This document shows, piece after piece, positions 1 to 9,236 of a stretch of 64,000 bases of DNA. A program made the translations under genes and the position numbers. Numbering within the stretch: the first letter of the stretch is position 1; the number at the start of each line of letters is the position of its first letter. This DNA comes from an uncultured virus (IMG/VR IMGVR_UViG_3300005099_000288) (taxonomy: Duplodnaviria > Heunggongvirae > Uroviricota > Caudoviricetes), in the IMG/VR virus record IMGVR_UViG_3300005099_000288. One strand, 5' to 3'. Below the pieces are notes generated by a model that was given only the letters and a program-made list of their open reading frames with translations, had not been told where the DNA came from and searched no databases.

Positions 1-3
1 CTT

Positions 4-1209
4 ATGTCGACATTTCCACCGAACCAAATTGTTCGAAAATTTGTTGACACAAAGAGGAAAACTGCAGAGAGATCAATAGTGGGAGGATTTGGAAGTTTCG
101 AGAAAAAACTACTGAAATCTGTGATGGACAAATGGTCAGAAGATGAAAAACATGGAATAACAAAACTTGACTACTATTTGGCAAAATACAGAAAGGCTAT
201 GAAGGATCTTATTAAAGTGACGCACTACAAATTAGACTCAGACAAATGGAAGTTTTTAACAAAACCCTCTAAATATACAGGGGACAATCCTTATTTTGTC
301 GATGTCGTGAAAATATTACACAAAGAAACAAATGTGGATTCTACAAATCTTCCTTTCGAGATTGTCCGAAGCAATTTACCAAAATCTGAATGGTCTTCAG
401 TCCTAGACATGACGGATTTGACTGGAAACACCTTGGTAATGATGGCAATTTCCTTGTACGAAGTGTATAAGGAACAGGGGCGAGAATCTGAATTTATACG
501 ACTATTAAAAGGTCGTGTTCCGCATGGAAAATATATAGACTGCGGAAAAATACTCAAAGCTGCAGCAATTTCAGGATTTAAGGAAATTGAAGATTTGTCA
601 AATGCTCTAGCTGAGATATATACACTAAGGGTTCACGAAATATACAAAAACTTAGTTTTACCAGTAGAAACACCTGAAATTTGCCTTGTCCTTGACGCTA
701 GTGGGTCGATGTCTCCGAGATGGATCAGAGGAGCCTTCTTCAGGGGAATTTCGTGTACTGTACCATTTGCAGCTTTGACAAAGAGTCTTGTGTTGTTTTC
801 AGAAAATGCAATAAAATACGACCCGAAAATGCTAACAACACTTGAGGGGATTCAGACCCTTATGTCATCGGCAGAAGATGCATTGACGGACATCGGAAAG
901 GGCCTAAAAGTTGCTCTTCGGGAAGTAGAATCTGGAAAATGTAACATGGTAATGCTCGTAACAGATGAACAGCAAAATGCAGAGAGAGTCGTTGACAGTA
1001 TAATACACAGGATAAAGAGGAAAAACGCAGAAGTTGTCCTTATAAATCCAACTCCTTATCCTGCCCACATAAGCGGAGACATTCTGTACGTACCTGCACC
1101 GAACCCAGAAGCAGTTGCTGCAGCAGTTAAAATGTACCAATTGAGAAAAGAACTTCAGAACTTAGACGCAAGAGAAGTAGTGTTCCAACTTGCAAAACAC
1201 ACAGATTAA
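4..1209 (+). CDS. TROVE (Ro60/Rsr-like) + VWA domain protein, probably 5'-truncated by the window edge
   Basis: YYLAKYRKAMKDLIKVTHYK resembles the TROVE KY...DLLRLSH motif; the C-terminal VWA carries MIDAS residues (VLDASGSM, LTDIG, LVTDEQ). Confidence 0.7.
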   Translation: MSTFPPNQIVRKFVDTKRKTAERSIVGGFGSFEKKLLKSVMDKWSEDEKHGITKLDYYLAKYRKAMKDLIKVTHYKLDSDKWKFLTKPSKYTGDNPYFVDVVKILHKETNVDSTNLPFEIVRSNLPKSEWSSVLDMTDLTGNTLVMMAISLYEVYKEQGRESEFIRLLKGRVPHGKYIDCGKILKAAAISGFKEIEDLSNALAEIYTLRVHEIYKNLVLPVETPEICLVLDASGSMSPRWIRGAFFRGISCTVPFAALTKSLVLFSENAIKYDPKMLTTLEGIQTLMSSAEDALTDIGKGLKVALREVESGKCNMVMLVTDEQQNAERVVDSIIHRIKRKNAEVVLINPTPYPAHISGDILYVPAPNPEAVAAAVKMYQLRKELQNLDAREVVFQLAKHTD

Positions 1210-1257
1210 AGTGTTATTCAGAAAAATTTCGAGAAGTTAATCAATATTTTTAAAATT

Positions 1258-1329
1258 GGAAGGCGTTAAGACGGCTTTCAGCCAGAAGGCCAATGGATCT
1301 GGTGTATAGAGGCCGTCTTCCTTCCTTCC
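1258..1329 (+). ncRNA. GC-rich long hairpin (candidate structured RNA or terminator) downstream of the TROVE gene
   Basis: GGAAGG/CCTTCC, AAGACGGCTTT/GAGGCCGTCTT and GCCAGA/TCTGGT pair as nested stems; a T-tract follows; it is a GC island in AT-rich intergenic DNA. Confidence 0.45.
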
Positions 1330-1371
1330 GATTTTTAAGAGAATTTTAAGTTCTAAGCAGGACAGGGATGA

Positions 1372-1722
1372 ATGATGCTAAACGTAAGGTGTCCCGTTTG
1401 TGGTTATCAACACTATGGTGAAAATAGTAGATGGGTTGAGATAGCAAATAAAAGAGTAGATGAAAAAACAAAATTTTTTAATATAAAATTTAGCGAAATA
1501 ATAGAAGAAATGAGATATTTGTTTTATTATCTTGTATCCCACGGACTTCTTTCAGTAAGTCTTTTCGTAAATCCTGAAGATTACGAGGAATGGAAAAGAA
1601 AATACGTTCCACAACTTTACGATGAGTTAGATCTGTCCGCCTTTGGCTTTAGAAGACTTAAAATGTTAGTGGAGAAAATCGGTTATCACCCTCATACAAT
1701 AATCACTTGGAAAAGATTATAG
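1372..1722 (+). CDS. hypothetical protein (N-terminal CPVC)
   Basis: 116-aa ORF co-oriented with its neighbours. Confidence 0.6.
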   Translation: MMLNVRCPVCGYQHYGENSRWVEIANKRVDEKTKFFNIKFSEIIEEMRYLFYYLVSHGLLSVSLFVNPEDYEEWKRKYVPQLYDELDLSAFGFRRLKMLVEKIGYHPHTIITWKRL

Positions 1723-1794
1723 AGAGAGGAATTTTTAAATATTTTTACTTTTTAATAGATTTTTAAAATAATAATTTAAAATTTAAAAGGAGGT

Positions 1795-1995
1795 GTGATT
1801 TTGAAAGAAGTGTTTGTTATAAATAAATTTGTTAAATTAGGAAAATCCCTGGGAATTGTAATTCCTGCTGAAATTTCCAAGAAAATAGAAAACAGATATG
1901 GTCCCTTCGTTGTAGTGGTAAAAAGAATAAAGAAAGAAGAATTAGAGGAAATCCTTGAGAAAATGACGGGGGAAAGTAATGACAAAACCCAGTAA
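1795..1995 (+). CDS. AbrB/SpoVT-like small DNA-binding protein
   Basis: KFVKLGKSLGIVIPAEI matches the swapped-hairpin motif; GGAGG RBS. Confidence 0.65.
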   Translation: MILKEVFVINKFVKLGKSLGIVIPAEISKKIENRYGPFVVVVKRIKKEELEEILEKMTGESNDKTQ

Positions 1996-2995
1996 AAAAA
2001 CTAGCAAAATCGTAGAAAAATTCAGAGAAATCCTAGCAGACCTAGAGAAAAGAGATCCTGATTATATCGAAATAGTCCAGATGCTCGTAGATTACGAAGA
2101 ATCTTTGGAAAAAATGCCCGGAATAAGAGGATGGGAATACGACGATCTTCCGTTCCCATTACCACCAGGCAAACTCTCCACTCTAGTTCAAAAAGGAATT
2201 CTACGAAGGGTATATAAATCAAGGAATATCAAAGAATACAGAATCCGTGATATTCAAAAATTGAAAGAAGCCCTTAGAGTTTATACAGAACCTGAAGAAA
2301 TTCCAGAAGAAACTTCGAAAATTCCTGATGATTTGTTCAAAATTATTTCAGGATATGACGATCTAAAAAGGATATTTTTAAAAGTTGTCCACAAAAGGAA
2401 AATCGTACATTTTCTACTACATGGTCCTCCAGCTTCAGCAAAATCACTGTTTCTGTTAGAACTTGCCAGACTACCCAAAGCACGATATGTACTCGGAGGG
2501 TCTTCAACAAAAGCAGGACTCGGAGAACTCCTAACATTAGAGAAACCCGAATATTTACTCATTGATGAATTTGACAAAATGAATCCAGAAGATTTATCAA
2601 TTCTATTGTCATTGTGTGAAACAGGCAAAGTGATAGAAACAAAATACAAAAGAAAAAGAGAAGTTCAATTAAAAACCGTTGTCTTTGCTGCAGCAAACGA
2701 CATTTCGAGACTCCCTCCAGAAGTTCTATCGAGATTTCAGAAAATCAAATTCAAGGGATACACCCCAAAACAGTTCTTTGATGCAGTAGTAACAACACTA
2801 ACTGTTCGAGAAGGGATTGAAAGAAAATTAGCAGAATATATCGCAAAGGAGTGCCTAAAACGAAATATCACCGACGTGAGACAAGCAATCAGAATTGCAC
2901 GTCTTTGTGATTCAGAAGAAGAAGTGAGGGAAACTCTAAAAATTCTGGAAAAATACAACGGAATCCCAGTGCACTTAATGAAGGGGAGTCTGTAG
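1979..2995 (+). CDS. AAA+ ATPase with N-terminal wHTH-like region (MCM/RuvB-related)
   Basis: Walker A GPPASAKS, Walker B LLIDEFDKM, sensor AAAN, arginine finger LSRF. Confidence 0.8.
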   Translation: MTKPSKKTSKIVEKFREILADLEKRDPDYIEIVQMLVDYEESLEKMPGIRGWEYDDLPFPLPPGKLSTLVQKGILRRVYKSRNIKEYRIRDIQKLKEALRVYTEPEEIPEETSKIPDDLFKIISGYDDLKRIFLKVVHKRKIVHFLLHGPPASAKSLFLLELARLPKARYVLGGSSTKAGLGELLTLEKPEYLLIDEFDKMNPEDLSILLSLCETGKVIETKYKRKREVQLKTVVFAAANDISRLPPEVLSRFQKIKFKGYTPKQFFDAVVTTLTVREGIERKLAEYIAKECLKRNITDVRQAIRIARLCDSEEEVRETLKILEKYNGIPVHLMKGSL

Positions 2996-3007
2996 GAGGA
3001 AGTTTTA

Positions 3008-3700
3008 TTGAAATACTATTTTCTACTAAAAAAATTGCTGCATCCAAAAACCTACGAGAAACTCACAATATCACACGATACATTAGAACTTGACAATTTC
3101 TTAGAAAAACTTTCCACAGAATATTCTGAAGAGGTTTTCAGAAAAGTTGCAGAATACTGTTATTCCTTCAAGTTACAAAATAATGCTTTTATTTCCACGA
3201 ATTCATATAGTGCTGCTAAAAACATAGAAGATCTTCTTGGAATTAAACTATTCCCTGCAGTATTCCCAATACGAGGTCGAAGAAATGGTACAGGAAGATG
3301 GTCGTGGTTTATGCTAGACGAAGCCTTCCACGATTATGGTTCTAGCGAGAGTCTGAAGAGAATTGCCAATGCAGAGATCCTCGACATTTCAGGTAGAACA
3401 ATTTTTGTAGCTGGTATTATCCCAGGAACTCAATTTGTTTACAGAGGATACACCGTTAAAGTTCTAAACAGTCATGTGTGGAACTTTGCTCGATGGGAAG
3501 AAAACGAAAAAATTATATACCTCGACAAACTTTCATCAAAACTCAGTTTAAAAGAAGTAAGGGCTATTCTAGATCACGAAATCTGTGAACGTGAACATTA
3601 TCTCCAAGGATATTCGATAGAAGAAGCTCATAGAAAATGCTGGAATAAGTCCCTTGGAAAAGTTTTAAAAAAGATAATTCCAAAATTAAATACGAAATGA
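3008..3700 (+). CDS. hypothetical protein (C-terminal HExxE...H motif)
   Basis: 230-aa ORF with GGAGG RBS; DHEICEREH...AH. Confidence 0.6.
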   Translation: MKYYFLLKKLLHPKTYEKLTISHDTLELDNFLEKLSTEYSEEVFRKVAEYCYSFKLQNNAFISTNSYSAAKNIEDLLGIKLFPAVFPIRGRRNGTGRWSWFMLDEAFHDYGSSESLKRIANAEILDISGRTIFVAGIIPGTQFVYRGYTVKVLNSHVWNFARWEENEKIIYLDKLSSKLSLKEVRAILDHEICEREHYLQGYSIEEAHRKCWNKSLGKVLKKIIPKLNTK

Positions 3701-3891
3701 CAATGAAAGAATTTGAAAAACTCGCAGAAAAAGCATGGCAATTTGCAAATAGTTTAATGGAATTAGATGACAAAAAACTGCAAATATCTGGAATAGAGTG
3801 GACAGGGATAGCAAAAATACTGGACGAAATATCTGGTAGATATGACTGGGGGATTCTAAAAGATCTTAAAAAAGAAATAAACGAGTTATAG
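3697..3891 (+). CDS. hypothetical protein
   Basis: ATGA overlap with the upstream gene; last gene of the + block. Confidence 0.55.
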   Translation: MTMKEFEKLAEKAWQFANSLMELDDKKLQISGIEWTGIAKILDEISGRYDWGILKDLKKEINEL

Positions 3892-3894
3892 TCC

Positions 3895-4326
3895 TCACTT
3901 TTCTAGACGTTCGAATAATTCTGCCATCGTCTGAGCTCTTAGAACTGGTAGAGGAACCGAAGGATACTTTTTAATGGTTGATATTGAAATATCCCATGGT
4001 TTACATGTGATGTTCCCCTTACAAATTATTACAGAGAATGTGTCTGCTCCAATGTCTGAGTACCATGCCCCTATATAATCTGAAGGTGATACTTTGAGGA
4101 TTTCTTCGTCGAATTCTTGATAGTAGATTGCAGTCCCAGCAAACTCACACAGATCGTCCCATGGCATTGTTCTGAGAGGTTTCTTCAGTTTGCTGTCACA
4201 TTCGACAAATACTCCACTTTCTTTAGGAATTAAATGTTTAAACAGATCTCCGAAATCTTTAACATTCCATTCATAGGAGTGTTTTTTCTGATGGTCCTGA
4301 TCGCAGACAAATATACAAAATTTCAT
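3895..4326 (-). CDS. hypothetical protein (likely start MKFCIF)
   Basis: A GAGGTGA RBS precedes the ATG at 4326; the longer track start overlaps the next gene. Confidence 0.6.
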   Translation of the reverse strand: MKFCIFVCDQDHQKKHSYEWNVKDFGDLFKHLIPKESGVFVECDSKLKKPLRTMPWDDLCEFAGTAIYYQEFDEEILKVSPSDYIGAWYSDIGADTFSVIICKGNITCKPWDISISTIKKYPSVPLPVLRAQTMAELFERLEK

Positions 4327-4367
4327 GCTATCACCTCTTTTAATTCGTTTAATTTTTATGAAATATC

Positions 4368-5009
4368 TTAAAAATGTTCTAAAATATAAGATTTTTTCTC
4401 CATTAGGACGTCCCACAAATTTTCTTCCAATATCTCTTTTAATAACTTTGATGGAAGTTCTATATAATATGTTTCTTCGCCCAACTCGTACTGTATTAAA
4501 CTCAGCCTTCCCTCTGGACACTCTTCACAAATCCAAGGAAAGTCCCACTGACTTATTTTACTATACCAAACTTGTACAGGGTATTGCTTGAATCTATCCT
4601 GTATAAGATCCTTAGGAAGATCCGATTCAAAACAAAATTCGTACTTCAACCATGTACTGCTTTCTGGTTCGAGTTCGAATTCTATAGTCACACCGATCTC
4701 ATGCTTACTATTAGAATAATTAACTATATACTCACAAGATCCTAAAATAGATTGAGTAATTTTTTCAATTTTATCGAGAGGAACTTTTCTTACTATGAGA
4801 AGAAAAATCTTTTTTATGTTTTCAGGAGTGTTCTCGACTACATAGAATTCTCCTCCGAATAAATTACGGCTCTCGTGAATTTCTTTAATATATTCGCGAA
4901 ATTCTCTCAAAGTTCTAAGATATACACTAGAAATCCTGGGAACTGATGTTTTAGATGATAGCACTTCACCCACTATAATTGCAGGTTTCATTAATTTTAG
5001 GATAGACAC
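4368..5009 (-). CDS. hypothetical protein
   Basis: 213-aa ORF in the minus-strand block. Confidence 0.6.
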   Translation of the reverse strand: MSILKLMKPAIIVGEVLSSKTSVPRISSVYLRTLREFREYIKEIHESRNLFGGEFYVVENTPENIKKIFLLIVRKVPLDKIEKITQSILGSCEYIVNYSNSKHEIGVTIEFELEPESSTWLKYEFCFESDLPKDLIQDRFKQYPVQVWYSKISQWDFPWICEECPEGRLSLIQYELGEETYYIELPSKLLKEILEENLWDVLMEKKSYILEHF

Positions 5010-5037
5010 TCAAAAGTTAAGAAACTTCTCCCGTTTT

Positions 5038-5298
5038 CTAGAAAGAGATCTCCCATACCATTTTGACAAATTCTTCTGGAGACGACATACGAACTTTTAC
5101 CCGATCTAAAAACATGGATTTCTTATTGGGTTTTCTCGGAAAAATTATACGATATTTGTCAGGAGGAAATGACGTAGATCTTATTGACTCTGCAATTGTT
5201 GCAGTATCAAAAAACCTAGGAGTCTTTACTATAGTTTGATATATATATCGTGCACGTGTCCACATTTCATCTCCTTTCGCTCTAAGAGAAAATACCAA
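5038..5298 (-). CDS. hypothetical protein
   Basis: 86-aa ORF; the true start is probably the internal MWTR. Confidence 0.45.
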   Translation of the reverse strand: MVFSLRAKGDEMWTRARYIYQTIVKTPRFFDTATIAESIRSTSFPPDKYRIIFPRKPNKKSMFLDRVKVRMSSPEEFVKMVWEISF

Positions 5299-5368
5299 TA
5301 TTGGGCTTTCGGTCTTGAATTTTCTGAGAAATCTCTCGGAAACCTCCTGAAATATATAAGAAGGAGTG

Positions 5369-5578
5369 TCAAACCCGAAGATAATATTTTTTTCTAATTT
5401 TTGCTAAAAAATAGGTCATCATAAACATCTTTAAAAACATCTCAATTCTTTCTGGAGAAATTATTATAATAGCTATGTTAGGGTTTTCTTCCACAAAATC
5501 CATCATTTCTCCTATATTGCGAAAACTTCTTTCTCCGACCAGTGAAACTCCTGAGAGATCAAACTTCACTAAATACAT
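5369..5578 (-). CDS. hypothetical protein
   Basis: 69-aa ORF with TTTATA about 25 nt upstream of the ATG (leaderless-type promoter). Confidence 0.5.
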   Translation of the reverse strand: MYLVKFDLSGVSLVGERSFRNIGEMMDFVEENPNIAIIIISPERIEMFLKMFMMTYFLAKIRKKYYLRV

Positions 5579-5635
5579 TCAAAAAATTACTTAAAAACCG
5601 AATATAAATAATTCTTTCTCTTCGTACCTAATAGT

Positions 5636-5895
5636 ATCATCCTTTAACTTAAAAATTTCAAACCCCCTTTCCGTTAATGGTTTTCCTTAGTTAGATATAG
5701 ATCTACAGTTAGAAAATCATTATCGAAAAAGATTTTACAGAAATACTTGCTAGAAATAAAGACAGATTAAGCTTATTTCTTAAAATAAAGCTCATATTCC
5801 ACTTATTCTAACTAAACTCAAATTGAAGCTTATTCTAAAAAATAAGCTCAAACTGAACTTAACTCTGAGTTATGTCAAATACCTAAGAAGGCCAA
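5636..5895 (-). repeat. dispersed ~260-bp composite palindromic element, copy A (inverted relative to B and C)
   Basis: Exact 22-bp match to copy B (TCAAACCCCCTTTCCGTTAATG) and 20-bp match to copy C (GATTTTACAGAAATACTTGC), both as reverse complements; four AAGCTCAnnnTGAGCTT-like boxes. Confidence 0.85.
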
Positions 5896-6089
5896 TACTT
5901 CAAGTCTTACAGTTTTTCTTTTCGCAATGTTGTACAACTATAACAAGGTCATCCGGTCTACATATTTTGTTCAGGTGATTCATTGCCTTTGTAGAATCTT
6001 TGAACTTTGCAATTGCGCGGATTTGTCTCCCAGTTATTCTAACGATAATCATCATTAATACTTCCATCCGAAGTCCTTAAAAATTTTTT

Positions 6090-6944
6090 TCAGGACTCTG
6101 GATACAGTTTACTCTTAATATCAGTTCCGACAAATCGTGCATATCTCATTGTGGTCTGTAGACTTCTGTGTCTTAATATACGATTCGCCAGATAAATATC
6201 TCCGTGTTTTCGTAAAATATTGGTACATCTGGCGGTTCGAGCAAAATCGTGATATCTCACGTCAGGAAAACCTGCTTTTGTTGCAATGGGACGGTATATT
6301 TTATTAGCAAAAAATGAAGGATCGTATGGAGTTTTTCTCTCAGTCGTGAAAAACCACATTTTCTTGGTTTTTACAAATTCATCAGAATCTAAATATTCGC
6401 GGATCTCTGTGTTCAGAGCTTCGCTCAGAGGAATTTGTGTCGGTACACCTTCCTTTTCAGGACTAGGTATCTCCAAATATTCTCCATTCCACCACAGAAC
6501 TCTAGTTTTAACGAGTTCCCCTGCTCGGAGTGCCGCTTCATATCCCAATCGGAGCATTACTCGAAACTTTAGTGTTGGAGCAGTTTCTATAATTTTGTTT
6601 ATTTGTTCTTCCGTCAGAGCTTTAGGGTGAAATGAACTTGAGGTTTTCGGTATAGGAACTCTGCTCCAGTTTATCGGCAAATTTAGGTATTTGCAGAAAC
6701 TCTTCACTGCATATAGATTTTTCAGTACAGTTGCTCGGTCTCCTTTAGACTTTAAGTGCGCAATGTATTCTGAGAGGAGATCTTCGTCAATATAACGTCC
6801 ACCAGAAAACTCCAGGAAATCTAGAATGTGTTTTTTATACTGTCTGATTGTGTGGTGACTGTAGTCCTTGAGTTCTAGAAACTGAAAAAACTTGTCTACT
6901 TCGTCAATTCCGGTTTTATCTGGAGTTGTCTTTTTCCTCGCCAT
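6090..6944 (-). CDS. tyrosine recombinase/integrase (XerA-like)
   Basis: N-terminal SAM-like domain (YSHHTIRQY); catalytic R (ALRAGEL), H-x3-R (YHDFAR) and H...Y (LRHRSLQTTMRY). Confidence 0.9.
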   Translation of the reverse strand: MARKKTTPDKTGIDEVDKFFQFLELKDYSHHTIRQYKKHILDFLEFSGGRYIDEDLLSEYIAHLKSKGDRATVLKNLYAVKSFCKYLNLPINWSRVPIPKTSSSFHPKALTEEQINKIIETAPTLKFRVMLRLGYEAALRAGELVKTRVLWWNGEYLEIPSPEKEGVPTQIPLSEALNTEIREYLDSDEFVKTKKMWFFTTERKTPYDPSFFANKIYRPIATKAGFPDVRYHDFARTARCTNILRKHGDIYLANRILRHRSLQTTMRYARFVGTDIKSKLYPES

Positions 6945-6967
6945 TAGAAAGAGTTATGATAATTGTC

Positions 6968-7180
6968 TTATAAGTGTTTTTCTCTTATGTCTTCGAAATA
7001 ATTACAATACTGTGAAAATTCGACAACTTGAAAAGTCAATTCAAAAGGGTATGAAATTTCATTTATATTTTTATTGTGGGTACAAATTCCTCTTCTAGAA
7101 GTTTCTTTGGGATCTCGAAATAACTCGCGAAAACTTACATAATAGCGGCAATTTCCACAACACTTTTTGCAGGACATCAA
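6968..7180 (-). CDS. small Cys4 zinc-binding protein
   Basis: CGNCRYY...GICT...CNYF; same Cys pattern as the unlisted ORF 47566..47706. Confidence 0.55.
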   Translation of the reverse strand: MMSCKKCCGNCRYYVSFRELFRDPKETSRRGICTHNKNINEISYPFELTFQVVEFSQYCNYFEDIREKHL

Positions 7181-7203
7181 AAAAATAAAAAATAAAAAAG
7201 GGT

Positions 7204-7485
7204 TTAACTGGTAACGAATGCCTCCTTGAGTCTCTTAGCCCACTTCTCTTCCTTTCCTTCTACAGCCTTCTGGAAGTCTTCTGCACTTACGTCATCTACG
7301 CCTGCAGTATATGCTTTCACTCTATCGTCGTCTATGGACTCTGGAGATACTCCGAAAAAGTTAGCGAGCCCCTTCCTGTACTCGGATCCCTTATCAGTAA
7401 CACCCTTTTTCCACCTTCTGCCTGCAGTTTTCATTTTCCTTGCGTATTTTTTCTTAGCCAATTTCAGGGTCGTCATTTCGATCAC
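7204..7485 (-). CDS. small basic alpha-helical protein, candidate nucleocapsid/DNA-coating protein
   Basis: Lys/Arg-rich N-terminal half with periodic aromatics (KKKYARKM...RRWKKG...EYRKG) and an acidic C-terminal half; own TATA promoter, GGTGA RBS and T-rich terminator. Confidence 0.4.
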   Translation of the reverse strand: MIEMTTLKLAKKKYARKMKTAGRRWKKGVTDKGSEYRKGLANFFGVSPESIDDDRVKAYTAGVDDVSAEDFQKAVEGKEEKWAKRLKEAFVTS

Positions 7486-7519
7486 CGTATATTACACTGG
7501 ATAAAAAGATTTATATATT

Positions 7520-7933
7520 TTGCTAGATAAAACGGATACTATGGGACGACACAATTCTACATCTGGGTACACAATAGAAGAAAAAGGAAAACGTGTGTGG
7601 GTAGATCCTGAAACCCATAAAAGAATTAGTAAATATGCAATAGATCGCGGGATTAGTATAAAAGAAGCCTACCGGGAAATAATTACAGGGATTCTTGATG
7701 AAAATGGAAAGATCTCAGGATTTGAAGGAAACACTATTGAAATCGAACTCACTGAAGAAACATACGAAATTCTAAGACCCTTAATGCAGGAATTTAACGA
7801 ACCTGCAGATAAAATAATCCAACGGATATTACTTGCATTTAGAGTTCTATACTCAGAAGAGCTCAGATTCTCAGATGCTCTTAAACCATTACCTGAACTG
7901 ATAAAAATTCTTGCACTGAGAGCTAAAAAATGA
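7520..7933 (+). CDS. ribbon-helix-helix-like transcription regulator
   Basis: KRVWVDPETHKRISKYA...ISIKE and TIEIELTEETYEIL look like two RHH units; divergent from 7204..7485. Confidence 0.5.
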   Translation: MLDKTDTMGRHNSTSGYTIEEKGKRVWVDPETHKRISKYAIDRGISIKEAYREIITGILDENGKISGFEGNTIEIELTEETYEILRPLMQEFNEPADKIIQRILLAFRVLYSEELRFSDALKPLPELIKILALRAKK

Positions 7934-7956
7934 AGTAACGACAAAATTTGACTGCT

Positions 7957-8532
7957 TCACTTCAGGAACTTTTCAACAAAAGAAATGAAATCTTCAGGAG
8001 TTATTATTTTCGAGAGTTTCTCGTAGATTTGATCCAGGCTTATACTAATCGACCGATTTTTAGTCTTTGGATCATACGCATGTACATTCGCAAGGTTTTC
8101 TCTGAATAGTAGGTGCAGGAAATATCTAGTAGTTCCATCAGATGTTCCGATCCAACATGTGTCTGAGCTTACATAATATCGCAAATAAAAATCACATTTT
8201 TCAAGATGAATATGTGGTATTAATCTAGTGAGTTTACTAAATATTTGTCTTGGATCCTTTATAGTATATAGAAAACTCTTTGCAGGATCGAGGAAAACCA
8301 CGAAATGATATGGTCCAGCAGGATACTTTCGATATTTTGATCTGACCCAAGATATTATCGTCTGTATGGATCCTTCGAGAGTAAAATACCTTACATAATC
8401 CTCATGTCCAGACCTCCAAACAATAACAAAATACTCGGTTTTATCGTTCATCGGTTTCACAGATTTTAGATACCCACCAAGATAAATAAAATTTTCTGGA
8501 GTGTGAGCTAACTTTCCAGCTAAACCCTTCAA
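7957..8532 (-). CDS. distant member of the MTWY paralog family
   Basis: YFVIV...YFTLEGSI...FVVFLDPAKSFLYTIK...CDF aligns to the family consensus. Confidence 0.55.
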   Translation of the reverse strand: MKGLAGKLAHTPENFIYLGGYLKSVKPMNDKTEYFVIVWRSGHEDYVRYFTLEGSIQTIISWVRSKYRKYPAGPYHFVVFLDPAKSFLYTIKDPRQIFSKLTRLIPHIHLEKCDFYLRYYVSSDTCWIGTSDGTTRYFLHLLFRENLANVHAYDPKTKNRSISISLDQIYEKLSKIITPEDFISFVEKFLK

Positions 8533-8600
8533 TAGAATGTCCGTATTACGTTACTAGAAGCTCGTAGCTAAAAATTTTCAAACCCTCAAATATAAAAGGT
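8522..8600 (-). repeat. ~80-bp duplicated promoter/leader element, copy 1
   Basis: Its reverse complement aligns with 55989..56065 (TTTTATATT...AGCTACGAGCT-CTAG-A-CGTAATACGGA). Confidence 0.75.
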
Positions 8601-8642
8601 TTAGGTACTTCAAGAAAATTAAACCATGAAAAAACTACGGGG

Positions 8643-8867
8643 TTATTTAATCCACTTCCAGTAGAGTTCATTTTTTACGGTGTAACTCTTGACATACCCC
8701 CTGAACTCCAGTGAGTCCAGAATTCTATAAATCTCACGTGGGGGGATAGAAGGGAGACTTTTTATTATTTCAATGTGCTTCACTCCCTCTGGACATTTTC
8801 TGAGCAATTCCACTATAGACTGAGTGTAAACAATTTCCTCAAGTAAATTCCTAAATCCTCTCATCAA
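8643..8867 (-). CDS. small winged-helix protein
   Basis: GVKHIEI...PREIYRILDSLEFRGYV...YWKW fits a wHTH pattern. Confidence 0.6.
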   Translation of the reverse strand: MMRGFRNLLEEIVYTQSIVELLRKCPEGVKHIEIIKSLPSIPPREIYRILDSLEFRGYVKSYTVKNELYWKWIK

Positions 8868-8892
8868 TATATAACTAGAAATTACTCACTTA

Positions 8893-9236
8893 TTAAAGTT
8901 TTTTCCGCTTCTGTGAGACTATCTCGAAATCTTCCAGACTAAAGATTTCTTTCAGATCTTCATAAAGACGGTCCGTGTAGTAGAATCCTGAAAAACCATA
9001 CAAACTCACCTTACGAGCCCTTCTATCTACTCGGAGAGCTCCTCGTCTGGGACGATAGACCCAAAAAACGTCTATACCACTGTAATATCTTCCGAAGAAG
9101 TCCCAATCTCCAGTTGGGGTTTCCGAATATCCACGCAACAAATTTTTTATAAGTTCTTCGGTCCAAGATCTTTTTATATATGAAGTAAAAGCCCTCTTTT
9201 TCCCCTGTCGTCGAATACAATTACATACCAGGTCAT
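8893..9236 (-). pseudogene. MTWY-family paralog with internal deletion and frameshift
   Basis: ATG at 9236 reads MTWYVIVFDDRGK; the family sequence resumes in another frame as KRAFTSYIKRSW...GDWDF; about 30 codons are missing relative to 14651..15100. Confidence 0.75.

Noticed and set aside
1258..1329. Archaeal SECIS element
   Set aside because: It lacks the GAA/A internal loop pattern, and no in-frame TGA selenoprotein candidate was seen upstream.
2022..2958. Antisense ORFs in the track (here and throughout, e.g. 6286..6630, 47542..47991)
   Set aside because: They are shadows of well-supported genes on the opposite strand and lack motifs and RBS.
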